Shown: positions 25,501 to 40,044, counted from the first letter of the stretch. The stretch: 64,000 nucleotides of DNA from an uncultured Solirubrobacterales bacterium (GCA_963764545.1 CAVXSX010000003.1:10300-74299); one strand, 5' to 3'. Made by a program: numbers and translations. Notes: generated by a model not told the origin, from the sequence alone.

Positions 25501-26260
25501 CTACTCCAGCGTGAACGTCATCAGAGAGGCGCCGAGCTCGATCTCGTCCCCGGGACGGAGCACCTCCGAGCCCTCGAGACGCCGGCCGTTGAGCTGCGAG
25601 CCGTTGGTCGAGCCGAGGTCGGTGATGACCCACGAGCCCACCGCGAGGACGGATCTCGGCGTGCTGGCGCGAGACATTGGGATCGTCGAGCACGATGTCG
25701 GACTGACGCCCCCGGCCGATCGTCGCGCCGGCTGGGCTGATCACCACCCGCTTGCCGTCGATCAGCAGGAGCGGGGTCTGAGCCCGGGCGCGGCCGCGTT
25801 CTTCGAGCGGCTCGGACACGCGCTCGGCGTTCGAGTAGATCATGGTGCGCCCCGACTGGGCGTCGGCTGGGGCGCTGAGCACCTCGTCCTCGGGCTGGGC
25901 CACCCGGGTCTGGATGCCGAACTCGCCCAGGCCAAGCCGGTCGTCGGTCTCGAACTCGATCACCGGCCGCGAGAGCAGCGTCAGGCGCTCGCGCCGAGCG
26001 TGCTCGAGCAGGTAGCCGGCCAGCTCGGCGGTCAGCGCCGACTCGTAGCCGGCGAACCGCTCCCGGTCGCGCGGAGACAGGAACACGCGGTACTCGTTGG
26101 GGGCATACGTGCGCGAGACCGAGAACGACTTGTGCTCCTCCATCTCGCGGGCGAGCTTGCGCGCGATCTCCACCGGCCGCACCTCGGAGCGGAAGGCACG
26201 GCTGAACGTGCCTTCGACCAGGCCTGCGATCTTGTTCTCGAGACTCTTCAGCACGCTCAT
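25501..26260 (-). CDS. fhaA: DUF3662 plus FHA domain protein (FhaA-like)
   Basis: VRPVEIARKLAREM, APNEY, IGR, NVSRQHA, DLGSTNG. Confidence 0.88.
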
Positions 26261-26298
26261 GGGTGGGCCGCGACGTCCGGTCGCAGTCGGGTTTCATG

Positions 26299-28246
26299 CT
26301 ACGCGAGTGGTGGCTGATCGTTCCCCGATCTGGATCGCGCGCAACCGAGCGGTGCCGCGGCTCGTGACGAGTGCCACAAAGCGCACCAACGCCCGCGCCC
26401 AGCCAGACATTGCCGATCGGCGCGCCCACCGCCGAGGTGTCCGGCAACGAGCGTCCCAAGGGCCAAGCCGATCGCCCAGAGGATGAGGCGCAGGCACTCG
26501 AGCGCCGGCCACCGGCTCCGGGTGGATGGGAGGGTCACCGCCGCCAGGGCCCACACCGCGGCGCACACGACCGTGCCGGTGCCGGCCAGCGGGCTTAGGA
26601 CCCGGTGGACGGCGTCATGCAGACTGGCCGCCGAAGTGATGTCCTGGCTCCAGAGCGCCGCCCACACGTAGCCCGTGGCGCCCAGCGCGGCCCGCCGATG
26701 GGCTCTTCGGGTCAGACCGGCGAGCGCCGGCCAGGCCGCGGCCAGGCCGATCGTGCCAAGCGCGGGAGCGGCCGCCGCCAGTGGCCACAACGGCCCGTCA
26801 AACGGGCTGAGGACCACGGGCACGACGCCGCCGGCGAGGAGGACGAGCGCACCCCCGGAATGCGAGGCCACGATCATCGCCGCGGCGGCAGCCGTGGTCA
26901 GGATCACCCACCCGGCGCGGGGCAGCGCGGCGACGAGCAGGCCGGCCAGGCAGACCGCGAGCGCGCTCGCGCCGGGCGGGATCCCGGGCACCTGCCGGGA
27001 CGCCCAGGCGGCCAGCAGGGCTGCGGCCAGGCCGGCCAGAGCGCGTCTGGACGAGGCAACCGGGCGTCGGTGCTCGGCGACCGAGCGCTCGCGAGATGGG
27101 CGGCGGTCTCGGGACGGGGATTCGCGGAACGAGTCTCCGCGGGCTGCGCGGACTTCGCGCAGCGGGTCCTCGCGGCGCGGACCCTCGCGGAAGGGACCCT
27201 CTTCGTCGGGCTCGGCTCGGCGGTCGAGCGTTCGCGCCGGCCAGGGAGCGGCGACCACACCCGGTTCATCGCCGACCCCCGGGAGGCTCGAAACGAGCGC
27301 GGCGCGCAACTCGGCCAGACCCGCCCGTTCGCTCGGGCGCGGCCGCAGGGCCAGATCGATGACCTGCCCCAGCTCGCGCGGGAGCTCCCGGCGCTGGCGG
27401 CGCAGGGGCGGTAGGTGCGCTCCCCGGCGGCCGCCGAGCGCGCCACGCAGCGGGTTGGTGCCGCTCAGCGCCTCGTAGAGCACGAGCGCAAGCGCGAACA
27501 CGTCCGCGGAGGCGCTCACCGGCAGGCCCTGGGCCTGCTCGGGTGCCATGTAGGCCTCGGTGCCGATCACATCCCCGGTCCGGGTGAGCGTGTCTCCGGC
27601 CGAGCACGATCCGGGCCACCCCGAAGTCGGTCAGGCGGGCGAGCTGGGCCTCGGTGGTGGGACGCTCGGGCACCAGCACGTTGGAGGGCTTGACGTCGCG
27701 GTGGATCACGCCGTGGGCGTGGGCGTGGGCGAGTGCGTCGCACAGGGCGATGCCGATCGACAGCACGTCGCGATCGGACAGCCGGCCGGACTCGAGCAGC
27801 TCGTCGAGCGTCGCGCCGTGGACCAGCTCGGAGACCAGGTAGGCGCCCTCGTCGTCGACCGCCGCCTCGAACAGGGTCACGATCCCGGGATGGGCCAGCC
27901 GGGCGGCGGCTCGCGCCTCGCGCTCGAAGCGCCCGCCGATGACTCGCCCGCGCGGGAGGATCTTGACCGCCACCTGCCGGTCGAGTCGTTCGTCGTGGGC
28001 CAGCCACACGGTGGCGAAACCCCCCGTTCCCAAGCGGCGGCGCAAGCGGTAACGGCCGAGCACGAGCGGGGCGTCGGAGCTCGGACGCAGGTCATAGGCT
28101 TGCACGGGGGCGCGAGGGGCCCGCCCCTCCGACTCCGTCGGAGCCTGCGTCGAGCGCTCCGTCGGAGCCTGCGTCGAGCGCGGCGGTGGAGCCTGCGTCG
28201 AGCGCCGGGTCGGGCCCTGCGAGCCGGGGATTATTCGCGTGCGCAC
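26299..28246 (-). CDS. Ser/Thr kinase with multi-TM C-terminus, frameshifted near 27590
   Basis: LGTGGFATV, VAVK, HRDVKPSN, DFG, GTEAYMAPE; hydrophobic C-terminal half. Confidence 0.85.
28133..28205. repeat. Three 24-bp-period tandem repeats encoding RSTQAP(TE/PP) at the kinase N-terminus
   Basis: GGAGCCTGCGTCGAGCG occurs three times; protein reads RSTQAPPP-RSTQAPTE-RSTQAPTE. Confidence 0.85.
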
Positions 28247-28363
28247 GGCCCCTTTTTCGAGGATCGCGTGAGCTTCCCTTGCGGTCCGGCGCGTTCAGGA
28301 TCGTCTTACCGCCGTCCGGACGGTCATACTGACGCTTCCAGATTCCGCCAAGGAGCGAGCAGC

Positions 28364-29470
28364 GTGTCGTTCTTCGACGAGCCGGAGGAGACTCGTACAG
28401 CGCCGCGTTCGGCGCCGCGCAGACGCCGACCAACCGGGGGCGGTCGACGCCCTCGTTCGGCGAACCAGCAGGCGATCATGGTCCGCCGCGTGGTGCTGGC
28501 CGGGGTTGTCGTGGTGGCGATCATCCTGATCGCTGTTCTCGTCAACAGCTGTGAGGTCAGCGCCCGCAACAGCGCGCTCAAGGACTACAACAACAGCGTC
28601 GCTTCGCTCAATGCCCAGTCGGTCAACACCGGGCAGAGCTTCTTCCGCACCCTGTCGGGCCCCACCAGCGACCCGACCACGCTCCAGACGAGCCTCAACC
28701 AGTCGCTGTCCGACGCCACGAGCCAGCTCAACAAGGCCAAGGGCATCAGCACCCCCGACGAGGTCAAGGGCGCCCAGTCGAACTTCGTGCTCGCGCTTCA
28801 GATGCGCGCGGACGGGATCCACAACATCGCCGGCCAGGTCCCATCGGCACTCCAGTCCACAACCGCCCAGGGCGCGGTTACCGCGATCGCATCCGAGATG
28901 GCGAAGTTCTATGCGTCGGATGTGCTCTACAAGGACTACGCGGTGCCGGAGATCATCGGCGCGCTGCGTGCGGCGGGGATAACCGTGGGCGGACTGGGCG
29001 GCCAGCAGGTCAACTCGAGCCAGTTCCTGCCTTCGATCTCGTGGCTCGACCCGACGACCGTGGCCAACCAGTTGCACGTATCGCTGCCGTCGAGCGCGCA
29101 GTCCAAACCGGTCACGCCCGGCCTCCACGGCCATCAGCTGAACTCGGTGAGCGTGGGCGGCACCCAGCTGCAGACCGGCTCGACCAACGACATCCCGGCC
29201 AGCCCGGCGCCAACCTTCACGCTGAGCTTCGCCAACACCGGGCAGAACACGGAGACCAACGTCATCTGCAAGGTGACGATCGCCGGCTCCAAGGTCAGCG
29301 GCCAGACCGTGGTGCCCCAGACCACGGCCGGTCAGTCGACGAGCTGTCAGGTGACGCTGAACTCGAGCCCGACCAAGGGCTCCGTGCAGCTCACCGCGAC
29401 GATCGTGCCGGTCCCCGGCGAGAAGAACAAGGCGAACAACTCGCTGACCTTCCCGGTCGCCTTCCAGTGA
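28364..29470 (+). CDS. Membrane-anchored protein with C-terminal Ig/CARDB-like domain
   Basis: GTG after AAGGAG; TM helix; FANTG...VPGEKNKANN. Confidence 0.7.
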   Translation: MSFFDEPEETRTAPRSAPRRRRPTGGGRRPRSANQQAIMVRRVVLAGVVVVAIILIAVLVNSCEVSARNSALKDYNNSVASLNAQSVNTGQSFFRTLSGPTSDPTTLQTSLNQSLSDATSQLNKAKGISTPDEVKGAQSNFVLALQMRADGIHNIAGQVPSALQSTTAQGAVTAIASEMAKFYASDVLYKDYAVPEIIGALRAAGITVGGLGGQQVNSSQFLPSISWLDPTTVANQLHVSLPSSAQSKPVTPGLHGHQLNSVSVGGTQLQTGSTNDIPASPAPTFTLSFANTGQNTETNVICKVTIAGSKVSGQTVVPQTTAGQSTSCQVTLNSSPTKGSVQLTATIVPVPGEKNKANNSLTFPVAFQ

Positions 29471-29538
29471 CCTGAGCGCTCGCCGCGACGTCCCCGGGGC
29501 CCACCGACCGAGGCCCCGGCGCGGTCGGTGGTGACCGT

Positions 29539-30063
29539 ATGCTGTCGCCAGTGCACAACCTGACCAGCACGGCGGGAATCGTCGCGATGGCCGCCGGCGC
29601 CGTCGCCCTCCTGGCCCTCCTGCTCTGCGGGATCCTGTACTTCAAGCTGCGCCGGCTCCGGGCTGCCCAGCGGACCATCCTGGGCGGCCACGATCAGGAC
29701 CTCGTCGCCCATGCCGCCGCGCTCCAGGAGCAGTTCGAGGCGCTTTACGGCTACGTCCAGGACGCGGCCGGGCGGCTCGACGGGCGGATGGACACGGCCG
29801 AGCGGCGGCTCGACCGGACCGTGGCCTACCGCTCGCTGATCCGCTACGACGCCTACGGCGAGATGTCGGGCCGGCAGTCGACGTCGATCGCGCTGCTCGA
29901 CGCCAACCGCTCGGGGCTCATCCTGTCCTCGATCCACCACCGCGACCAGGCCAGGCTGTACGCCAAGGAAGTGCGCGACGGTAAGCCCGAGCTCGAGCTC
30001 TCCCCCGAGGAGGACGAGGCCATCCGCCGCGCGCTCGGGGACGACCGGCCCCCGTCGGGCTGA
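29539..30063 (+). CDS. DUF4446 family protein
   Basis: TM helix; IRYDAYGEMSGRQSTSIALLD, LSPEE. Confidence 0.85.
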   Translation: MLSPVHNLTSTAGIVAMAAGAVALLALLLCGILYFKLRRLRAAQRTILGGHDQDLVAHAAALQEQFEALYGYVQDAAGRLDGRMDTAERRLDRTVAYRSLIRYDAYGEMSGRQSTSIALLDANRSGLILSSIHHRDQARLYAKEVRDGKPELELSPEEDEAIRRALGDDRPPSG

Positions 30064-30084
30064 GCCGGGGCGGTCTGCGGGGCG

Positions 30085-30949
30085 ATGCGCGTCGCCTACT
30101 TCGGGCCTGAGGGCACGTTCACCCAGGAGGCGCTGATCAGCGCCACCACAGACGAGGACGACCTCGATCTCGTGCCCGAGCCCACGATCTACGACACGGT
30201 GATGGCGGTGCACTTCGGATCGGTCTCGCGGGCGCTGGTCCCGATCGAGAACTCGCTCGAGGGCTCGGTCAACGCCACGCTCGACGCGCTGGCGATGGAA
30301 ACCGAGGACGTGGCGATCCTCGGCGAGGTCGTGCACCCGATCCGCCATTGCCTGATCGCCCGCACCCCGCTCGAGCTGAGCGAGATCGAGACCGTCGTGT
30401 CGCATCCCCAGGCCACCGCTCAATGCGCGCGGTTCATCCGCTCGCGACTGCCCCACGCCCAGGTGCTGGCCGGCAGCTCGACGGCCGAGGCGGTGCGCAC
30501 GGTGGCCGAGCATCGAGGGTCCTTGGGCCGCGCTCGGCAATCGCCTCGCCGCCGAGCGCTACCGCTGCCACGTGCTGCGCGCCGGCGTGGAGGACGTGCC
30601 CGAGAACGAGACCCGCTTCGTGTGGCTCGGGCCAGTCGGGGCGCCCCCCGGCGGTCCCGGCGCGGGCGACGCGCTGCGCGGGCCGTGGAAGACCGCGGCG
30701 GTGTTCTGGGGCGTCGGCTCGGAGGCGCCCGGCTGGCTCGTGCACTGCCTTTCGGAGTTCGCCAGCCGGGAGGTCAACCTGACCCGCATCGAGTCGCGCC
30801 CCCGTAAGCAGGGCCTCGGGCGTTACATGTTCTTCCTCGACCTCGAGGGTCGCGACACCGAGCCACACGTGGCCGACGCCCTGAGCGGCCTGCGCGCCCA
30901 CGTCGAGGTGCTGAGAGTGCTCGGATCGTTCCCGGCCGCGATCGTGTGA
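30085..30949 (+). CDS. pheA: Prephenate dehydratase, frameshifted
   Basis: YFGPEGTFT, PIENSLEGSV, SHPQA, NETRF, NLTRIESRP. Confidence 0.93.
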
Positions 30950-31028
30950 GCATCACGTGAAGGCGCCCAGACGGGACTCGTGAACCGCGTCCGGTCCGGG
31001 GATCGCATCGATAGACTCACCGCCAGCC

Positions 31029-31597
31029 ATGGCCACCTCAGTGCCAGCGCCAGTCTGGTCCGCGTCGCGCCCCGAGCACCAGCGACGCGGACGTGAGGTT
31101 GGCCGGGTGCTCGTGCTGAACGCGACGTATCGAGCCGATCAACGTCTGCACGGTCCGTCGCGCGGTCGTCCTGCTCCTCAAGGAGAAGGCGGAGATCATC
31201 GAGCGCGCCGAATGGGAGCTGCACTCGGCGACCCAGACGATGTCGCGCCCGATGGTGATCCGGCTGGTCAGCTACGTGCGCATCCCGCGCGACACTCATC
31301 GCCGCAAGATCACGCGCCGCGCCGTGTTCGCGCGCGACAACTGGACCTGCCAGTACTGCGGGTCGCGCTCGAACCTGACCGTCGATCACGTGATCCCGCG
31401 CTCCAAGGGCGGCGGCTCGAACTGGGACAACATCGTCGCCTCGTGCGCTCCCTGCAACCGGCGCAAGGGCGACAGCCTGCCGCGCCAGGTCGGCATGCGC
31501 CTGCCGAAAGAAGCCCCGCACGCCGAGCCCGACCGTGTTCATCCACGTGGCCAGCCCGACGATCCCGGTGGCCTGGCAGCAGTACCTCGCAGCCTGA
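31029..31597 (+). CDS. HNH endonuclease (McrA-like), frameshifted
   Basis: VLVLNATY.PIN, RDNWTCQYCG, TVDHVIPRSKGG, CAPCNRRK. Confidence 0.88.
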
Positions 31598-31664
31598 GCC
31601 GGTGAGAGCTCGCTTACCCGCGTTTGCGTGCGGCCGGCGGCGGTAACTGCCGGGGCGAAGCGCG

Positions 31665-32916
31665 ATGGCTGCGACGGAGGTTGACAACCAGGTCCGCGAG
31701 CGCCTGCTCGAGGCATGGCGCGGCGAGATCGTCGCCGCGCGGGTCTACGAGCTGATCGCCGAGCGGATGCCGGCAGCGCGAGGCGGAGATCCTCCGGCGG
31801 ATGGCCGAGGCGGAAGGCGGCCATCGCCGTCGGCTCGAGGCGCGCATGACCGAGCTGGGGATCGACATCCCCGCGCGCGAGACCGTGCGCTTGTCCCCGT
31901 GGCTGCGGCTCCAGGCGCGGATCGCCCCGATCGACCGCCTGCTGGCCGCGCGTGAGGCGGCGGAGGACGAGGAGGTCGGTGATCTCTACAAGCGCTCGAC
32001 CGGCGATCCGACGACCGACGAACTGCTGCGGAGCATCCGCAAGGAGGAGCGCGCGCACTCCCATGCGGTCAGCGAGATGCGCTCTGGAACGACGGACGCC
32101 GACGGGGCACAGACCGGCGGCGCGCAGCCTGGCGGCGCACCTGCGCCCATGCATCCCGCCCAGGTGCGCCTGAACAAGATCATCGGTCGTGAGAACTGGC
32201 ACCGAAGCGGTGGCGGCTGGATCAGCGGCGCAATCTACGGCGCCAACGACGGCCTGGCCGCCGTGTTCGGGATCGTCGCCGGCGTGTCAGGCGCGACCGG
32301 CGGATCGACCTTCGTGCTCACCGCGGGCGTGTCGGCCGCCGTCGCCTCGGCCCTCTCGATGGCCACCGGCGCATTCCTGGCCGAACGCTCAGAGTCCGAG
32401 GTCGCCGCGGCCAACATCGAGCGCGAGCGCCAGGAGATCGCCGAGCATCCCGAGGAGGAGCAGGAGGAGCTCTCGCTCTTCTACCAGCTCAAGGGGGTCG
32501 ACCCGGCGACCGCGGATGCGATGGCCGCGCAGCTCGCCTCCCAGCCCGACGCGATGCTGCGAGCGCTGTCGGCCGAGGAGTTCGGGGTCACGGGCGAGCG
32601 CGGCGATCCCGCGCAGGCGGCGATCGCCGCGGGCATCTCGACCGGGCTCGGAGCGCTCGTGCCGGTGATCCCGTTCATCTTCACCACCGGGACGGTGGCG
32701 ATCGTGGCCGCGGCCATCGTCTCGCTGGTCGCGCACTTCCTGGTCGGCGCCGCGAAGTCGCTGGTCACCCTTCGGAGCTGGTGGTCCGCCGGGCTCGAGA
32801 TGACGCTGGCCGGCGTGATCGTCGGCGGCGCGACGTACCTGGTCGGCCTCGCGCTGCCGACCTGGAGCCCAGGAAGCATGAAGGGCGCCGTCGACGCCGG
32901 CGCCCTTCACACATAA
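31665..32916 (+). CDS. Ferritin/rubrerythrin-like plus VIT1/CCC1 fusion (MbfA-like iron exporter)
   Basis: EAEGGH and EERAH ExxH motifs; IYGANDGL, SMATGAFLA; frameshift near 31775. Confidence 0.85.
32880..32908. terminator. 11-bp GC-rich hairpin, probable terminator
   Basis: GAAGGGCGCCG-N7-CGGCGCCCTTC between convergent units. Confidence 0.55.
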
Positions 32917-33104
32917 TCTGACTGGCATCACCGAAGCGAACTGGTGCATGCCGGAGGGACTACTCCCGGCGCTCGCTCCGACGGTGTCTCGGGGGGACTC
33001 CGCTAGGCGGGGTCAGCCTCCGGCTTAGCGGCCGGACACCTCCAGGGTCCCGCAAGAACTGTCAGACAGTCGGACCACCTCCTTTCTCTGGTGAGATCAG
33101 ATTA
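32914..33104 (-). ncRNA. Candidate structured small RNA / micro-ORF mRNA
   Basis: Terminal 8-bp inverted repeat, AGAAAGGAGGTG SD, 14-codon ORF 33069..33025, internal hairpins. Confidence 0.4.
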
Positions 33105-34510
33105 GCGGATGGCGCCGCTGGCTCATCGATGGCCTGAGACCCGCGCGGTGTCGCGGCCCGGCCGCCTTGCCTCCGTAGAGCGCGCCGTCGGCTCGGCTGA
33201 CCAGCTCGCTCATGTCCTCGTGGTGCCATTCGGCCACCCCGATCGTCACCGTCACCGGCAGCCCGGCCTCGCTCGCCTCCTGCGGCTGGTCGCCGGCCAG
33301 CGCGGTGCGCAGGCGCTCGGTCGCCTGCACCGCGCCCGCCTCGTCGGTGCCGGGTAGGACGACCAGGAACTCCTCGCCTCCCCACCGGCCGATCGCATCC
33401 TCGGTGCGCAGCGCGCCGTCCAGCACCCGGGCGCTGTGGGCGAGCACGGCGTCGCCGCTGCGATGACCAAGCTGGTCGTTGAAGGTCTTGAAGTGGTCGA
33501 CGTCGATGACCAGCACCGACAGCGCCAAGCTCGTGCCGGCGGGCGGTGCTCAGCGCCTCGTGCAGGTACTCCTCGATCGCCCGGCGGTTGCGCAGGCCGG
33601 TCAGCGCGTCGACCGCGGCCAGCCGGGCCAGCTCGCCGTTGAGCATCGTGAGCTGCGTGCGCTGCCGGGCGAGGCCGGCGATCAGCAGGATGATGGCGAG
33701 ACCGGCGACGGCCAGGCCGGCCAGCGCCAGCCACGAGACCCAGCGACCAGCGCCGTTGAGGAAGCTGTAGAGCTGGCTCTGCGGGGTCGCGGAGCACGAT
33801 CTGCCACGGCGTGCCGGCCACCGTCGCGGTGAACATGACCGAATCGCCCGGAGGGGGGCCGGGCTGGCCGGCGGCGAGCCACGCGCCGTCGGAATCGGCC
33901 AGGTCGGCCTGCCAGCCCTGGGAGGAGAGCATGTGGTCAAGCGCGGTTGGCAGCACGGTGTTGGCCACGCCGTAGGCGCCGGCGAACACGCGCGGGCCCG
34001 CGGCGCTGTGGTAACGCACCGCGAACGTGATGATCGGCGTCTGGCCGAGCTCGACGAGTGACACGCGCGACGCGGCGTCCCCGAGGCCCGCCGCGCCGCG
34101 CGCTCAGCGTGGCGTCGATCGAGGCGTCATCGGGCGAGAGCGGGGTGATCGGGTTGCCGTGGGCATCGAGCAGCAGGGCGGCGCTCAGGTCGAGCGCCGA
34201 GGCGGCCCGCGCGAACGTGGCCGAATCGACCCGGCGGCTCGCCAGCCAGCTCTCCGCCCCGGAGCGCTCCCGGACCAGCAGATCGCGCGCGTAGATCGAG
34301 ATGAAGGTGGCGGCGTACTTCGTCCGCGCCTCGAGCCGGCCGGCCATCGCGGATCGGCTGCTTTGCTGGGAGTCGGACAGGACCAAGCCACCGACCGCGA
34401 TCACGGCCAGCCACGCGGCGATCACGGCTACGCGCAGCCGGCTGAGGCGCCCTGGCAGGGGCAGTCGCCCAGCGCGCCCGCCTGCGCGGCTGTTCCGCTT
34501 CCGGTCCCAT
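33097..34510 (-). CDS. Membrane sensor diguanylate cyclase (GGEEF), frameshifted
   Basis: DALTGLRNRR, IDVDHFKTFND.LGH..GD, RWGGEEF, VTIGVA, AD.ALY; two TM helices. Confidence 0.88.
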
Positions 34511-34615
34511 TTCTCTGCTTATCGGTACGCCGGAAAGCTCGCTTGAGTGCGGCCGTGCGCTACGAGCGGGAGTTATCGACGGGCGTCTTGGGTCAGCGCG
34601 CCGCGCTGGGCCTGG

Positions 34616-37222
34616 CTACTCGTCCGCGCCCTGCGCCTCGGCGTCGCCGTCGGGCCCTTCGGCGTCATCGTCGCCGGGTTCTGGCGCGTCGGTGCTGAGC
34701 CCCTCCGCGTCGACCATCGGCTCCTCGGTCACCGCGTCGGGGTCCTCGGCGACCGCAGCCGCCGTCGAGGCCTCGGACTCAACCACCAGCGCCACCGCGC
34801 TCACCTGGTCGTCGTCGCGGATGTTCATCACGCGGACGCCCTGCGAGGCTCGGCCGTAGCGGTTGATGCCGCGCACCGAGGTGCGCTGGACCATGCCGTT
34901 CTGGGAGATGAACACGAGCTCCTGGTGCTCGCGCACGACGAGCGCGCCGGCCAGCGCACCCTTGTTCTCGGTCAACGTGATCGTCTTGACGCCCATCGTG
35001 CCGCGGCCCTTGACCGGATAGTCGGAGATCGACGTGCGCTTGCCGTAGCCGTTCTCGGTGACCACCAGCAGCTCCTGGTCGTCGCGCGCCACGTCCATGG
35101 CCAGCACCGCGTTGTCCTTCTGTGAGACGTTCATCCCGCGCACACCGCTCGTGTCGCGGCCCATCGACCGCACCTGGCTCTCGCTGAAGCGCGCGGCCTG
35201 GCCGGACCGCGAGACCATGATGATGTCGTCGTTGCCGCTCGTGCGGCGCACCGCGATCAGCTCGTCGTCGTCGCGGATGTTGATCGCGATGATGCCGTCT
35301 GCCTTGATCGGGGTGTTGTAGGCGCCGAACTCGGTCTTCTTGATCATTCCGTTGCGCGTGGCGAACACCACGTACTTGCCCTCGCCGAAGTCGCGCGTGG
35401 AGAGCACGGACTGCACCCGCTCGCCTTCGCGCAGCGGCAGCAGGTTGACCAGCGCCCGGCCGCGGGAGGTGCGTGACGCCTCGGGCAGCTCATAGACCTT
35501 GAGCCGGTAGACCTTGCCGCGGTTGGTGAAGAACAGGAGGTAGTCGTGCGTGGAGCACACGAACAGGTGCTCGACGTAGTCGCCTTCCTTTGGGTCGGCG
35601 CCGGTTATGCCAATGCCGCCGCGGCGCTGCTGGCGATAGGTCGAGAGCGGGAGTGACTTCGCGTAACCCGAGTGGGTGATCGAGATGACCATCTGCTGAT
35701 CGGCGATCAGGTCCTCGATGTCGATCTCGCCCTCGGCGTGCACGATCTCGGTGCGCCGCTCGTCGCCGTAGGTCTCGGCGATCTCGGTCAGCTCCTCCTT
35801 GATCAGCGCGTTGACCTTGCCCTCGTCGCCGAGGATCTCGCGCAGCTCCTTGATCCGCTCGACGAGGTCCTTGTGCTCCTGTTGGATCTTGTCCGCCTCG
35901 AGCGCGGTCAGGCGGCTCAGGGTCAGCTGCAGGATTGCCTGGGCCTGGACGACGGTCAGCTCAAAGCGCTCGACCAATCCGTTGCGCGCCACCTCCGGCG
36001 TCTGGGATCCACGAATCAGCGCGATCACCTCGTCGAGGTTGGCCAGCGCGATCAGTAGGCCCTCCAGCACGTGCGCGCGCTCCTCGGCGCGGCGCAGCTC
36101 GTACTTGGTCCGCCGGATGATGACCTCGCGCTGATGATCGACGTAGTGGCCGATCACCTCACGCAGCGAAAGCGTGCGCGGCACGTTGTCGACCAGCGCG
36201 ACCATGTTCACGCCGAAGGTCTGCTGCATCGACGTGTGCTTGAAGAGCTTGTTGAGCACGACCTTGGGGATCGCGTCGCGCTTGAGCTCGATCACGATGC
36301 GCATCCCGTTGCGGTCCGACTCATCGCGGATGTCGGTGATCTCCGAGAGCTTCTTCTCGTGGACGAGCGTGGCGATCTTCTCGATCAGCCCGCCATCGCC
36401 GCCCTTACGAACCATGAACGGCAGCTCGGAGACGATGATCGCCTCCTTGCCCTGGCCGATCGGCTCGATGTGCGCCTTGGCCTGCACCCGGATTCGTCCG
36501 CGGCCGGTGGCGTAGGCGTCGCGGATGCCCTCTCGGCCGAGGATCGTCCCGGCGGTCGGGAAGTCGGGCCCCTTTACGTACTTCATCAGGCCCTCGACCT
36601 GGATGTCGGGGTCGTCGACGTAGGCGAGCGTGGCGCTCACCACCTCGCGCAGGTTGTGTGGCGGGATGTTGGTGGCCATGCCTACCGCGATCCCCGAGCC
36701 GCCGTTGACCAGCAGGTTCGGGAAGCGCGCAGGCAGGACGACCGGCTCCTGCTTGGAGCCGTCGAAGTTCGGCGCGAAGTCGACCGTCTCCTGGTCGATG
36801 TCGCGCAGCATCTCGGTGGCCAGCGGATCGAGACGGGCCTCGGTGTAGCGCATCGCGGCTGCGCCCCAGCCGTCGATGTTGCCGAAGTTCCCGTGCCCGT
36901 CGATGAGCGGGTAGCGCATCGAGAAGTCCTGCGCCATCCGGGCGAGCGTGTCGTAGATGGCGGAGTCGCCGTGAGGGTGGTACTTGCCCATCACCTCGCC
37001 GACGATCGTCGCGCACTTCACGTGTCTGCGCGGCGGCCGCAGGCCCAGCTCGTTCATCGCGTAAAGGATGCGGCGGTGGACCGGCTTGAGCCCGTCGCGG
37101 ACGTCGGGCAGCGCCCGCCCGACAATCACCGACATGGCGTAGTCGAGATACGCCGAGCGCATCTCCTCCTCGAGCCCGCGAGGCTCGATGTTGCCGCCGC
37201 CGATGGTGTCGATCGATGCCAT
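34616..37222 (-). CDS. gyrA: DNA gyrase subunit A
   Basis: [29 protein letters not shown], GyrA box QRRGGIG. Confidence 0.98.
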   Translation of the reverse strand: MASIDTIGGGNIEPRGLEEEMRSAYLDYAMSVIVGRALPDVRDGLKPVHRRILYAMNELGLRPPRRHVKCATIVGEVMGKYHPHGDSAIYDTLARMAQDFSMRYPLIDGHGNFGNIDGWGAAAMRYTEARLDPLATEMLRDIDQETVDFAPNFDGSKQEPVVLPARFPNLLVNGGSGIAVGMATNIPPHNLREVVSATLAYVDDPDIQVEGLMKYVKGPDFPTAGTILGREGIRDAYATGRGRIRVQAKAHIEPIGQGKEAIIVSELPFMVRKGGDGGLIEKIATLVHEKKLSEITDIRDESDRNGMRIVIELKRDAIPKVVLNKLFKHTSMQQTFGVNMVALVDNVPRTLSLREVIGHYVDHQREVIIRRTKYELRRAEERAHVLEGLLIALANLDEVIALIRGSQTPEVARNGLVERFELTVVQAQAILQLTLSRLTALEADKIQQEHKDLVERIKELREILGDEGKVNALIKEELTEIAETYGDERRTEIVHAEGEIDIEDLIADQQMVISITHSGYAKSLPLSTYRQQRRGGIGITGADPKEGDYVEHLFVCSTHDYLLFFTNRGKVYRLKVYELPEASRTSRGRALVNLLPLREGERVQSVLSTRDFGEGKYVVFATRNGMIKKTEFGAYNTPIKADGIIAINIRDDDELIAVRRTSGNDDIIMVSRSGQAARFSESQVRSMGRDTSGVRGMNVSQKDNAVLAMDVARDDQELLVVTENGYGKRTSISDYPVKGRGTMGVKTITLTENKGALAGALVVREHQELVFISQNGMVQRTSVRGINRYGRASQGVRVMNIRDDDQVSAVALVVESEASTAAAVAEDPDAVTEEPMVDAEGLSTDAPEPGDDDAEGPDGDAEAQGADE

Positions 37223-37234
37223 GCCCGCGCCTCC

Positions 37235-39662
<2,428 letters not shown>

Positions 39663-39790
39663 GATCCTCCGATGACATCGAGACGCCCCGGTTCCGCGCA
39701 ACTTGCCGCGCACCCCGGGGCGTCAAAGATTGTGCACATGAGGATAGCACAGAGACCCGACGAAACGGCGCACCCGTCACCCGTATTTTG

Positions 39791-39826
39791 CCTGCAAACG
39801 TGCGCAAAACGGGCCGGATTTGCAGG
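39791..39826. repeat. Inverted repeat CCTGCAAA-N20-TTTGCAGG in the divergent gyrB/EAL intergenic region
   Basis: Read directly; CCTGCAAACG recurs near 63565. Confidence 0.5.
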
Positions 39827-40044
39827 GGTGTCACAAAGGCGTTTCCGAGGCGTCGCAAATGCCGCCGCCGATCGGTCGAAGCGGTGGGGCTCAGGACGCC
39901 GCACCGGCGGGTCGACGCCGCCGCTTGCGCTGGACACGCCGAGCAGCTGCCCGCGCAGCGTCCAGACGACTCAACTTTTCCTCACCCGCGCCGATGCTTG
40001 TGCGAAGGGCTGGCCGGCGAAGCACGACGTCGGCCACGAGACGG

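Noticed and set aside
24998-26260. Single 420-aa double-FHA protein
   Set aside because: Artefact of indels joining fhaA and fhaB; each has its own start and stop in alternate frames
31029-31597. HNH gene as a mobile or defence system
   Set aside because: Looks like the common stand-alone actinobacterial HNH family; no methylase, transposase or repeats nearby
33072-33087. 16S rRNA 3'-end fragment
   Set aside because: Only about 16 nt of similarity with no flanking rRNA sequence; better read as an SD on the minus strand
36950-36990. Quinolone-resistance change in GyrA
   Set aside because: HGDSAIYD keeps the Ser83 and Asp87 equivalents
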